A stretch of DNA of 64,000 bases. Origin: a virus. Below the pieces are notes generated by a model. That model was not told where the DNA came from. It was given only the letters and a program-made list of their open reading frames with translations, and ran no database searches. Positions 29,729 through 38,606 of the stretch are shown piece after piece. The DNA lies in IMG/VR virus record IMGVR_UViG_3300032242_001752, positions 24,563 to 88,562 of that record; one strand, 5' to 3'. A program made the translations under genes and the position numbers. Positions within the stretch are counted from its first letter, which is position 1. Each line of letters begins with the position of its first letter.

Positions 29729-30283
29729 ATGAACATATTAAGTGATGAGTTCCCAGACCCATGGGATAAGCACAGAAATCCATATGACCCATATGGTAAA
29801 GCAATTCCAAATCCGCATGACCCTGCGGATGTTTATAAAAAGTGGCAAAAACCTGCCGCCCCTAAAGTCATTACTATTAATGACTTGTTTCCCAGCTTAG
29901 ACCGCTGGGCTATTGGCTATTCGTCAATCCTAGAACAACTTAAGGAAATGTCTGCTGTAAAGGCGAGCTACCCTCCTTATGACATTATTGACCAAAACCC
30001 ATTTTCCACCCTTATCAACGTCGCTGTGGCTGGTTTCACTAAAAAGGACCTTACAATCACAGTCGAAGAAAGGACGTTGAAAATTGAAGGAACAAAAGAA
30101 GAAAAAGAATCAGAAGGAACGCTCGTTCACAACGGCATTGCTGGACGCGATTTTAAACTCACCTTTGCCTTGGCTGAGTTTTATGAAGTAGAGTCAGCTG
30201 CTGTTAAAGACGGTATCCTAACGGTCAAGCTCATTAAAAATATTCCTGATGAAAAAAAGCCAAAGGTTATTGACATCAAGTAA
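29729..30283 (+). CDS. Small heat-shock protein (Hsp20)
   Basis: SYPPYDI, AVAGF, GIAGRDF, DGILTV; SD AAGGAG before ATG 29729. Confidence 0.9.
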   Translation: MNILSDEFPDPWDKHRNPYDPYGKAIPNPHDPADVYKKWQKPAAPKVITINDLFPSLDRWAIGYSSILEQLKEMSAVKASYPPYDIIDQNPFSTLINVAVAGFTKKDLTITVEERTLKIEGTKEEKESEGTLVHNGIAGRDFKLTFALAEFYEVESAAVKDGILTVKLIKNIPDEKKPKVIDIK

Positions 30284-30297
30284 TTTTGATGTAAACT
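30270..30297 (+). promoter_or_regulatory. Promoter for the RNA operon
   Basis: TTGACA-16nt-TAAACT; predicted start near the 14-bp hairpin at 30303-30339. Confidence 0.65.
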
Positions 30298-30343
30298 AAA
30301 AGTCCTCCCGGCAAGCTTTCGACGTGTTTGCCGGGGGGAGCTA

Positions 30344-30423
30344 GGGCCTGAAATGGTGTCGATTGCAGAACAAAGCCTCCAGTAGGAATCTGTAAGACCA
30401 CAGTTCAATTCTGTGCAGGTCCA
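30344..30423 (+). ncRNA. ssrA: Mini-tmRNA: tRNA-like domain only
   Basis: Acceptor GGGCCTG/CAGGTCC+A with G3.U70; stemless D-loop AAATGGTGTCGA; P2 TTGCAGA/TCTGTAA; GAC; T-arm CACAG-TTCAATT-CTGTG; 19-nt loop where the MLD should be. Confidence 0.8.
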
Positions 30424-30424
30424 C

Positions 30425-30590
30425 GATGCACGCATGTCCAGCGGCATTGGGGTCACGTACCTCACCTTAGTCGCGAGGCTAGGCGTTTAAGGCTCTTTAC
30501 TGCTGAGTCCACAAAACCAACCAGCAGAGCGAAAGCTTGAGACGACTCGCAAGAGTGGGAACGCCCGAAAGGGTCAGTACTAGGTTTTCC
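30425..30590 (+). ncRNA. Unidentified structured RNA with four GNRA-capped hairpins
   Basis: GCGA, GAAA, GCAA and GAAA tetraloop stems; AAAACC/GGTTTT closing helix. Confidence 0.55.
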
Positions 30591-30592
30591 AA

Positions 30593-30664
30593 TGACCATT
30601 AGCTCAATGGCAGAGCAGAGAGCTGTTAACTCTAAGGTTCCTGGTTCGAGTCCAGGATGGTCAG
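30593..30664 (+). tRNA. tRNA-Asn(GTT)
   Basis: Acceptor TGACCAT/ATGGTCA+G; AGAG-ctGTTaa-CTCT; CCTGG-TTCGAGT-CCAGG. Confidence 0.95.
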
Positions 30665-30684
30665 CTTTATGGTAAAATATAGGT

Positions 30685-30849
30685 ATGCCAAACGCACCTA
30701 AGACCCCGACGCGCACCGTAAGAGTGCCTGATGATCTGTGGCTTGCCGCTCAAAAAGAAGCCGCCAAGCAGGGAATCACCGTAACCAGCGTCCTTCTAGA
30801 AGCTCTAGAAAAATTTATTTCTGAGGGACTTGACAAAGTCTCAGAGTAA
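30685..30849 (+). CDS. Ribbon-helix-helix DNA-binding protein, 54 aa, probably leaderless
   Basis: MPNAPKTPTRTVRVPDDLWLAAQKEAAKQGITVTSVLLEALEKF; TGGTAAAAT 6 nt upstream of ATG. Confidence 0.75.
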   Translation: MPNAPKTPTRTVRVPDDLWLAAQKEAAKQGITVTSVLLEALEKFISEGLDKVSE

Positions 30850-30911
30850 GTGTTAGCGTTGTACCGCTAAGACATAGCATCCCCTACGGGGGTTAGACTA
30901 CAGAGGTACAA

Positions 30912-31346
30912 ATGCCAATTAATCAAGAAACACCAAGCCCGGATATTGAACGTGTCCGCAAAGAAGTTCAGCAATACGTCTTTCTAAAAGACGAAGTATC
31001 TGGAATTGAAACTAGAGTAGGCGAGCTAAGAAAGCGTATTCTATCCCTAGTTGAAGAACTGGGCGAAACTAACGACAAGGGAAGCATTGTACTTCCTATT
31101 TCCGATTCTGTCAGCAACACAGCTAGCGTGGTAAAGCAGCGCCGTGTGTCTAAAGTATTCGACGAAGACAAAGCCCACAACCTATTAGCAGAAAAAGGTT
31201 TAACTGAGTTTTGCACAAAAACCATTGTGGTACTTGACCAAGATGCTGTCATGGCTGCATACTATGATGGTAAGTTAACCGATGCAGACATCGAAACAAT
31301 GTTCCCTGAGAAAGTTTCATGGGCACTAATTTTGGAGAAGAACTAA
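30912..31346 (+). CDS. Hypothetical coiled-coil phage protein
   Basis: ORF track; TTGACA promoter at 30830. Confidence 0.65.
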   Translation: MPINQETPSPDIERVRKEVQQYVFLKDEVSGIETRVGELRKRILSLVEELGETNDKGSIVLPISDSVSNTASVVKQRRVSKVFDEDKAHNLLAEKGLTEFCTKTIVVLDQDAVMAAYYDGKLTDADIETMFPEKVSWALILEKN

Positions 31347-31579
31347 TGGCTAAGATGGCAGAACTACACGCAGAACTAACTGAACTACCTGACTCAGAAA
31401 AGTCATATATGGAAGGCTTTTTTAGAGGCCGCGCCGAAGGACTTGCTATCGGTCAAGAAGAGGGCGAATTCACAGAACGTGAACGCATTATCAAGCTGCT
31501 AGAAACTAATTTGCCTTTGGTATTTACTGAAACAGTTGCTCAAGTAACCGTAGCTTTAATTAAAGTAGAAGATAAATGA
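31346..31579 (+). CDS. Hypothetical protein
   Basis: ORF track; ERERIIKLLE motif. Confidence 0.55.
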   Translation: MAKMAELHAELTELPDSEKSYMEGFFRGRAEGLAIGQEEGEFTERERIIKLLETNLPLVFTETVAQVTVALIKVEDK

Positions 31580-31640
31580 GTTTCCTTATCGGATGCTTCA
31601 TTGTTCTAGTCGTATTTGGAATTATAAGTTTTTTTAACGC

Positions 31641-32078
31641 ATGACCCAAATAAACCCAGGGCTATACTCCAGTGCTACTGATGACTGGGGTACGCCTAAA
31701 CCATTATTTGATGAACTAGACTCTGAGTTTAGTTTTACCCTAGATGCCTGTGCTAGTGCTCATAACTTCAAAGTAAACAAGTATTTTACTAAAGAAGACA
31801 ACGCGCTAGTGCAGGACTGGGTAGGGATTGTCTGGATGAATCCGCCTTATGGACGTACTATTGGTCAGTGGATGAAAAAGGCATTTGACGAATCTCAAAA
31901 AGGTGCTACAGTAGTCTGTCTAGTACCTGCTAGAACTGATACCGCGTGGTGGCACGATTACGCTATGAAAGGCGAAATTCGTTTTCTACGTGGTAGAGTA
32001 AAGTTTCAACAACCGGGTAAGAGCGGAAAAGACTCCGCTCCATTCCCGAGTGCTATAGTAATTTTTAGGAGCAACTAA
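31641..32078 (+). CDS. Phage DNA N6-adenine methyltransferase (Dam family)
   Basis: DDWGTP, FTLDACA, WMNPPY, VPARTDT. Confidence 0.9.
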   Translation: MTQINPGLYSSATDDWGTPKPLFDELDSEFSFTLDACASAHNFKVNKYFTKEDNALVQDWVGIVWMNPPYGRTIGQWMKKAFDESQKGATVVCLVPARTDTAWWHDYAMKGEIRFLRGRVKFQQPGKSGKDSAPFPSAIVIFRSN

Positions 32079-32569
32079 TGCAAACATTTCTGCCGTATAA
32101 AAACTTTGCCGAATCGGCCAGCGCTTTAGATAATAAGCGTTTAAACAAACAAATACTTGAAGGCTATCAAATCCTCAAGGTACTTAATAATGATGACCCT
32201 AAAGCTGGTTGGAGAAATCACCCAGCTGTAAAAATGTGGAAAGGCCACGAAGGACAGCTTTGGCTATACATCATGAACATGGTAGATGAAGCCAATAAGC
32301 GTGGAATTAAGACCGAAAACAACATGGACAACCTCCGTGTACTAAAAAAATACACCTCAAGAAATTGGGGATGGGCTTTACCTAAGTGGTATACAGACCC
32401 CTTCACAATGCGTAGAGTCCTTGCTACCCATAAAGCTAACCTTTTCCGTAAAGACCCTGTATACTATTTTGAGTTTGCCTCGTCAGTTACCGATAAAGCA
32501 AATACACCATGTTGCGAAAAATGCAACTATTACTGGGTAACCCATAAGGAGAAATCTAATGAAAGTTAA
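32078..32569 (+). CDS. Pyrimidine-dimer DNA glycosylase (DenV-like, actinobacterial MSMEG_6728 type)
   Basis: MQTFLPY...LDNKRLNKQILEGYQI...HPAVKMW. Confidence 0.85.
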   Translation: MQTFLPYKNFAESASALDNKRLNKQILEGYQILKVLNNDDPKAGWRNHPAVKMWKGHEGQLWLYIMNMVDEANKRGIKTENNMDNLRVLKKYTSRNWGWALPKWYTDPFTMRRVLATHKANLFRKDPVYYFEFASSVTDKANTPCCEKCNYYWVTHKEKSNES

Positions 32570-32807
32570 AGTTTATACAAATCCAAACTGTGTACAGTGC
32601 GATGCAACGAAGCGTTGGCTAACCGCAAACAAAATTAACTTTGAAACCAAGCTAATTTCAGAAAGCCCTGAAATTGAGGACCTTATCAAAGAAAAAGGGT
32701 TTGTTGCTGCCCCAGTTGTGACCGCAGATGAAATGTCATGGTCAGGGTTTAGACTAGAAAAGCTTAAAACAATCAACAATATAATTTTTTCTGAGGAACA
32801 CAAGTGA
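32559..32807 (+). CDS. nrdH: NrdH-like glutaredoxin
   Basis: CVQC, APVV, WSGFR. Confidence 0.9.
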   Translation: MKVKVYTNPNCVQCDATKRWLTANKINFETKLISESPEIEDLIKEKGFVAAPVVTADEMSWSGFRLEKLKTINNIIFSEEHK

Positions 32808-32986
32808 GCGATAAAATAACTCTTACCAAAAAAGATGTTTTTGGATTTGCGTTAATTATAGTACTTATGCTAGGCTCTTTGGTCTATGGATTTTTTCTAT
32901 TAAAAAACAAGACCCCAGAAAACTGTTGGGGTCAGTATACGACAGAAGATGCAGCTATTTATAACTGCGAAAAACATCATGGCTGA
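32804..32986 (+). CDS. Small membrane protein
   Basis: Single TM segment. Confidence 0.6.
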   Translation: MSDKITLTKKDVFGFALIIVLMLGSLVYGFFLLKNKTPENCWGQYTTEDAAIYNCEKHHG

Positions 32987-33449
32987 AAAAGATTTTATTG
33001 ACGACATGTTCGGAGAACTTGATGTTTACTACCCAGGTAGTAAACGTAAAAGACTTCAACCTGTAGAAAAGCCTGCTCTGGACACAGACTGGCAAAAAGA
33101 TTCATATAAAAAAACTTTGCCAAATGGTAGAGAAATTGAAGTTTATACGCTAGGCTCATTAGCTAAAGCACTAAACCGAACAATTCCAACGCTAAGGCAA
33201 TGGATGCAAAGAGGAAAACTTCCTCAAGCTCCGTACCGTTTACCAGCTAAAGCTGATAAAAACGGTAAGGTGTTTGAAGGCAGGCGACTCTACAGTAAGG
33301 AAATGGTAGAAGTTACAGTAAATTTGTTTCTAAAGGCTGGACTTTTAGACACAGATCGTATAGACTGGAACATACACCGGAATCTTACTAGTAGGATTGC
33401 CGAGGCGTGGGAAACAATCCGCGCAGAAGAAAACAAAACAATCGATTAA
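32979..33449 (+). CDS. MerR-like HTH DNA-binding protein
   Basis: YTLGSLAKALNRTIPTLRQWMQRGKLP...RRLYS. Confidence 0.75.
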   Translation: MAEKDFIDDMFGELDVYYPGSKRKRLQPVEKPALDTDWQKDSYKKTLPNGREIEVYTLGSLAKALNRTIPTLRQWMQRGKLPQAPYRLPAKADKNGKVFEGRRLYSKEMVEVTVNLFLKAGLLDTDRIDWNIHRNLTSRIAEAWETIRAEENKTID

Positions 33450-33458
33450 GGAAAATAA

Positions 33459-34115
33459 ATGCCAATCAACAATGCCCCAGATGCCGCTAGCTACCTTGCC
33501 GACGACATCGATGCCCGTCCATCACAGGCCACCGCAACATCCACATCAGTTCAGTCTGGTTGGGATGCAGCAGGTAGCCTAAGCACCTCAAGTGACTTCC
33601 CAACAGAAGTTAAGTTTGAGGAAAACAAGCACCAGGTCTTCAAGTTTCTTGACGAGAATGGCCCATTTGCTATTTACAAGCAGCACTTTCTAAAGCAGAA
33701 GACAAGCGGTAAGCGCTCGTATGTCTGCATCGGTGCTAACTGCCCACTCTGTGTCAAGCTTGAAGACAGACCAGAGAACAAGCGCGCATTTACAGTTGTA
33801 ACCCTAAACTCACCAGAGAGTATGCAGCGTCAGATGCTCATTTCAGGTGCACGCCTATATCAGGCCTTGCATGCCGCACACTACTCACCACAGGGTCCTT
33901 TGACTAAGGGATACTGGGCTGTCGTGCGTATCGGTAAGGGTCCACAGACCAATTACACAGTAACTCCAATTAAGGAACGCGACCTAGGCGAAGACTGGAA
34001 CCTAGATGCAGATGCAGCCGCTAAGGTTGTAGAGGCATCAGACGTTTACACCCGTAGCCTAATCAAAGAGCACTCATTTGAAGAGCTTGACGAAATCGCA
34101 GATTCTTTAATCTAG
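33459..34115 (+). CDS. Putative single-stranded DNA-binding protein (gp32-like)
   Basis: H...C....CPLC, GKGPQTNYTV; upstream of polymerase. Confidence 0.65.
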   Translation: MPINNAPDAASYLADDIDARPSQATATSTSVQSGWDAAGSLSTSSDFPTEVKFEENKHQVFKFLDENGPFAIYKQHFLKQKTSGKRSYVCIGANCPLCVKLEDRPENKRAFTVVTLNSPESMQRQMLISGARLYQALHAAHYSPQGPLTKGYWAVVRIGKGPQTNYTVTPIKERDLGEDWNLDADAAAKVVEASDVYTRSLIKEHSFEELDEIADSLI

Positions 34116-34175
34116 ATTCGATAGTAGTGGGCGGGGATTTGACATCCCCGCCTATTACGCTATTGTGGAGATACT

Positions 34176-36158
34176 ATGAATATTATTACTACTGCCGAAC
34201 AACTTTCCGAAATGGTAGATTACTACCTAACTCAAAATGCCTTTGCCTTTGACGTTGAAACCGTAGGCCCTCGTAGAGGTATGACCCCCGTAAATGAAGT
34301 CCTGTGGATTACATTTGCAACTAATGGTCGCTGCGATGTTATTCCTATGGGACATCCAAATGGCGACTTTATCGAAGAAGTTTTCCCACTGACCGGTCAG
34401 GGAGAAATTCGTAAGGAAAAGGGATTACCCCTTAGACCTAGCGACTACAGCCGTGACTCAAAGAAAGCAACCAAGGTCTTTGGACCTGCACCAGAACAGC
34501 TATATCCAGCTGAGGTGTTCAAGGCCCTAGAGCCACTTATGTTTTCTGAAACTATCCTAACTATTGGTCATAATTTAGTATTTGACTTGACATCAGTAGC
34601 TAAGTACTACGGTGGTCGAGTTCCTACTGGTCCATACTTTGACACGATGATTGCATCGTTTATCTCAGACAACCGTAATAAGAATAAGTGCGGTCTTGCT
34701 GACTGCCTTAAGCGCGAGTTTGGGTATGAAATGGAAAAAGGCGTGGGTAAAGAGGTTGAGGTTTATGACTTTAACACCGTAGCCAAGTACGCCTATCTGG
34801 ACTCAAAGTACACTTTCTTATTGTGGAAGTCACTTGTACCAAAGCTAGAGGATGCCGACCTTAACCGCGTTATGTCCTTAGAAATGGACGTGCTTGCTGT
34901 TCTATGCGACATGAAATTAACCGGTGCAACTATTGATACCGAATCACTTAAAAACCTTAAGTTTGAGTTAGAACTAAAGGTAGATGAGACTCGTGCAAGA
35001 ATTTATTTAATTGCAGGTCGAGAGTTTAATATTAATTCCAACCAAGAAAAGCAGGCACTTCTATACGGGTCTAAAGAAGAAGGCGGTAGAGGCTTAAAAG
35101 CTAAAGTGCTTACCACAAAAGGTAATGAAAAGGATAAAGCCGGAACTTCATTATCTGAATCAGATTACTCAGTATCTGCAGAGGCGCTAGAGCCTTACAG
35201 AGATAAGGATGATTTAGTAACAGCTTTGCTAGAGTATGCAGATTATAATAAGCTACTTTCAACCTATGTAATTCCATATCTTGGAGGAGAAGTTGAGCGC
35301 ACAACCGCTGGAAAGACTCGCACAGAGACCAAAGATACGCTGCTAATTGACGGCAGACTTCACGGAGACTTTGTGCAACACGGTGCTGAAACCGGTCGTT
35401 TCTCTAGCCGCAACCCTAACTTGCAAAATGTTCCGGCACCTAGCACTATTCATGGTAAGGCCATTCGTAATCTATTTGTGGCTCCGCCAGGACATAAGTT
35501 AGTTGTAGCTGACTACTCACAGATTGAACCTAGAGTCATTGCCTCATTCTCGGAAGATCCGATTATGATGGATAACTATTTGACCGGCCAAGATATATAT
35601 ACAACCATTGGTAACACAATGAATGTAGGGCGTAAAGCAGGTAAGGTACTTGTTCTAGCCATGGCGTACGGAGTAGGTCCTGACAAGATTGCTAGCCAGA
35701 TTGGCTGTACCAAGACTGAGGCTAAAAATCTATTAGATAGGTTTGCCAGAGAGTTCCCAGCCATTTCTGCTTACCGTTCTAAAGTAATCGGTGCAACTCG
35801 AGCAGGTAAACCTGTTCCTCACATCAAGACCCTTACAGGTCGTCGTCGCTATCTTCCAGAGATTATGTCAAGAGATAACGGGCTACGAGCAGGTGCTGAG
35901 CGTCAAGCGTTTAATACTAAAATCCAAGGCAGTGCCGCAGATATTATTAAGATTGCTATGGTTCGCGCCTGGAACATGATTCCAAAAGAAGCAAAGATTA
36001 TACTCACAGTTCACGATGAACTAGTATTAACTACACCAGCAGAACTTGCTGATGAAACTGCAGAAAAACTGCGCCAAGCGATGGAAGAGATTGAGGTTTT
36101 AAAAGTGCCTTTAATTGCTGACATCACAATAGTAGATAGGTGGGGTGAGGCAAAGTGA
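34176..36158 (+). CDS. polA: DNA polymerase family A with 3'-5' exonuclease
   Basis: FDVET, TGRFSSRNPNLQN, ADYSQIEPR, IQGSAADI, TVHDEL. Confidence 0.95.
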   Translation: MNIITTAEQLSEMVDYYLTQNAFAFDVETVGPRRGMTPVNEVLWITFATNGRCDVIPMGHPNGDFIEEVFPLTGQGEIRKEKGLPLRPSDYSRDSKKATKVFGPAPEQLYPAEVFKALEPLMFSETILTIGHNLVFDLTSVAKYYGGRVPTGPYFDTMIASFISDNRNKNKCGLADCLKREFGYEMEKGVGKEVEVYDFNTVAKYAYLDSKYTFLLWKSLVPKLEDADLNRVMSLEMDVLAVLCDMKLTGATIDTESLKNLKFELELKVDETRARIYLIAGREFNINSNQEKQALLYGSKEEGGRGLKAKVLTTKGNEKDKAGTSLSESDYSVSAEALEPYRDKDDLVTALLEYADYNKLLSTYVIPYLGGEVERTTAGKTRTETKDTLLIDGRLHGDFVQHGAETGRFSSRNPNLQNVPAPSTIHGKAIRNLFVAPPGHKLVVADYSQIEPRVIASFSEDPIMMDNYLTGQDIYTTIGNTMNVGRKAGKVLVLAMAYGVGPDKIASQIGCTKTEAKNLLDRFAREFPAISAYRSKVIGATRAGKPVPHIKTLTGRRRYLPEIMSRDNGLRAGAERQAFNTKIQGSAADIIKIAMVRAWNMIPKEAKIILTVHDELVLTTPAELADETAEKLRQAMEEIEVLKVPLIADITIVDRWGEAK

Positions 36159-36613
36159 CCTCTTGGCCATTTGTAAATCCAGATGAGGATGGGGACATCC
36201 ACAAAATACCAGTTAGTACATTATATAGATGGTACCTGTACGATACCCTAGGCGATGAAGCTAATCAATATATTGATGTGTTTAACTTATCACCTGTCAG
36301 TGAAGAGGGCGATGAAAAAGAGATTGAAGAGTCGGAACGCAGACTAGGCGTAATAGATTCACTACTTCCATTTATTTCGCTATATGCAACTATGACGGCG
36401 CAATGCTCGTTCGAAGCACACCGCAAGGAGATGTTAAAAATTCCGGGTGTTACTGAAAGTGTGTTAGAATCTAGTGCAGATACTTTAAAAGAGTTTTATA
36501 GCGCATTAACTTTTAATGGTCTAGTGTCAGCTTTTGCAGCTGCTGTTGACCTTAAATTAGTTACATTACCAGGATTTAGAACAGGAATCCAAAAGGAGAA
36601 AAATGAACAGTAG
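36155..36613 (+). CDS. Hypothetical protein
   Basis: ORF track; coupled to polA. Confidence 0.6.
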   Translation: MTSWPFVNPDEDGDIHKIPVSTLYRWYLYDTLGDEANQYIDVFNLSPVSEEGDEKEIEESERRLGVIDSLLPFISLYATMTAQCSFEAHRKEMLKIPGVTESVLESSADTLKEFYSALTFNGLVSAFAAAVDLKLVTLPGFRTGIQKEKNEQ

Positions 36614-37031
36614 TTCATGGTGGGCAGATAAGCTCGGTACACCAAGACAATCGCAACCACAACCTAGATTACCGGAGCAACAGGTTCCGGTAGTAAACCC
36701 AGGAGTAACCCCACAGTACCCAGGGTATACGCCTAATCAAGGATATCCACCGGTAACTCAGCAACCTGTATATAACCCAGAGCTAGAGGGACACAGATTG
36801 CCAGCTAGCGCAATGACACCAAGTCGTTGTCCAAACTGTTCCAGCGGTAACTATGGCAAGATGACCCCAGAGACAGCCCCACGTTGCTATGACTGCGGAT
36901 ATCCAATTCAACAGTCAGGCTCAGGTATGCCAGGAGTTAGAATTCCTACAAACGGAAATACTGAAGCTGCTAAGCAAATCAGTACCCAAAATAATTTTAA
37001 TCCAAATACGATCATCGATAGGATTGGCTAA
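36603..37031 (+). CDS. Pro/Gln-rich zinc-ribbon protein
   Basis: CPNC...CYDCGYP. Confidence 0.6.
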   Translation: MNSSSWWADKLGTPRQSQPQPRLPEQQVPVVNPGVTPQYPGYTPNQGYPPVTQQPVYNPELEGHRLPASAMTPSRCPNCSSGNYGKMTPETAPRCYDCGYPIQQSGSGMPGVRIPTNGNTEAAKQISTQNNFNPNTIIDRIG

Positions 37032-38047
37032 TGTCACTTCAAAAAGTTCTAGCACAAATTAATAAAAAGTATGGCGAAAACACCGTTGTACTAGCATCAG
37101 ACGTAGCTGCACCAACTCGTTTTACATCAGGTTCATTGTCGCTAGATATGATTTTGGGTGGAGGTTGGCCAACCAACCAGTGGCATGAAATTATCGGTGA
37201 GGCAAGCAATGGTAAGACTGCTTTGGCACTTAAGACCATTGCCGCTAACCAAAAGCGTGACCCTAACTTTACAACTATTTGGATTGCTGCTGAGCAGTGG
37301 GTACCAGAGTACGCAGAGATGTGTGGCGTAGACCAAACTCGCGTTCACGTATTTACCAGCAATGTCATGGAAACAGCCCTTACAGCGGTCCTAGAGTTCA
37401 TTGAAACCAAAGAAGTAGACTGTGTGGTAATTGACTCACTTCCAGCCCTCGTGCCTTCAGCAGAAGACGAGAAAGAGATGGATGAGTTTACCGTTGGCCG
37501 TGGAGCTATGCTTATGGGCAAGTTTTTCCGCAAGATGGAAAAGGCGGGTAAACGTGACCTACTAGGTGGCGAACGTCCTTTCATCGGTCTAATCATCAAC
37601 CAGTTCCGTATGAAGATTGGTGTCATGTATGGTGACCCTCGTACCACTCCAGGCGGAGAGGCTAAAAACTATTTCTTCTTTACTCGTATTGACGTTAAGC
37701 GTGACGAGTGGATTGAGATTGGCACAGGCCAGGAAAAGCGTAAAGTTGGTCAGACTATTAAGTTCCAAACTAGAAAGAACAAGTCAGCTCCTCCGGGACA
37801 AACTGCCTTTGTAGATTTCTACTTCGACGACGGCTCAGGCATCGACAAGGGCGAGTATGACTTTGCTAAAGAAATCGTATCGCTAGCAATCATTAATAAA
37901 ATTGTTACACGCGCTGGCGCGTATTACCGTTATTCAGAACGTCAGTGGCAGGGTGCAGATGCGTTGCTTAATTCAATTCGTGAAGAAGTTGATTTGCAAG
38001 AGCAGTTGACTAAGGACGTGATGAGCACCCTAAAGGGAGTGCTATAA
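37031..38047 (+). CDS. recA: RecA recombinase
   Basis: SGSLSLD..LGGG, GEASNGKT, VVIDS, INQFR, TTPGG. Confidence 0.93.
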   Translation: MSLQKVLAQINKKYGENTVVLASDVAAPTRFTSGSLSLDMILGGGWPTNQWHEIIGEASNGKTALALKTIAANQKRDPNFTTIWIAAEQWVPEYAEMCGVDQTRVHVFTSNVMETALTAVLEFIETKEVDCVVIDSLPALVPSAEDEKEMDEFTVGRGAMLMGKFFRKMEKAGKRDLLGGERPFIGLIINQFRMKIGVMYGDPRTTPGGEAKNYFFFTRIDVKRDEWIEIGTGQEKRKVGQTIKFQTRKNKSAPPGQTAFVDFYFDDGSGIDKGEYDFAKEIVSLAIINKIVTRAGAYYRYSERQWQGADALLNSIREEVDLQEQLTKDVMSTLKGVL

Positions 38048-38250
38048 TGCCTAGAGTTAAGTTTATTAGAGCCTGCTCCATTATCGACTGTGCTGTAGAC
38101 CATTATGCTAAAGGATTTTGTAAACAGCATTACATGGCTGCAAACAGGGAAAAGTTTAATCCTAGTAAAAATCCAAATAAGCCAGCGGCACCAGAGTTTG
38201 ACTATGAAGACTTTTGGCAATTTGTGAAGAAAGAATTAAAAATTGGCTAA
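38047..38250 (+). CDS. Small Cys/His zinc-binding protein
   Basis: CSIIDC...AKGFCKQHY. Confidence 0.55.
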   Translation: MPRVKFIRACSIIDCAVDHYAKGFCKQHYMAANREKFNPSKNPNKPAAPEFDYEDFWQFVKKELKIG

Positions 38251-38587
38251 ATCAGAGGGTCAAAAGCAATCCCTTAAACACGAGAAGCGTCTTGCCAAAG
38301 CTGTCGGAGGTCAACGTAATGTTGCCTCCGGCGCTTTTTGGTTTCGTAAAGGTGATGTCAGGTCTCAAGACCTTCTAATTGAGCATAAATGGACCGGTAA
38401 AAAGTCATTTACCCTTAAGTCAGATATCCTAGAGAAGATTACCACTGAAGCCCTCCTAGACAGTCGTACGCCTGTTTTAGGCATAAGCCTAAATGACGTT
38501 AATTATGTAGTCATGGACGAAAATGACTTTTTAACTATGCGCGAGTTTCTGATACAATGTATAGAGGAGCACACGGAAGAGAAGTGA
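38243..38587 (+). CDS. PD-(D/E)xK nuclease (resolvase-like)
   Basis: SGA...KGDV...IEHK. Confidence 0.7.
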   Translation: MAKSEGQKQSLKHEKRLAKAVGGQRNVASGAFWFRKGDVRSQDLLIEHKWTGKKSFTLKSDILEKITTEALLDSRTPVLGISLNDVNYVVMDENDFLTMREFLIQCIEEHTEEK

Positions 38588-38606
38588 CCCTACCATCGGA
38601 GTTCAT

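Noticed and set aside
30344-30590. Full-length or two-piece permuted tmRNA, or an ordinary tRNA-Ala
   Set aside because: The 5' and 3' TLD halves are in standard order and only 19 nt apart. There is no D-stem or 7-nt anticodon loop, and no tag ORF was seen downstream.
30425-30590. Hammerhead, twister, HDV/theta ribozyme, or SAM/c-di-AMP riboswitch
   Set aside because: CTGCTGAG is not the CUGANGA core, and I could not fit the other consensus topologies by eye.
21607-38047. Inteins or introns in DnaB, Pol A or RecA
   Set aside because: All have normal lengths and contiguous motifs.
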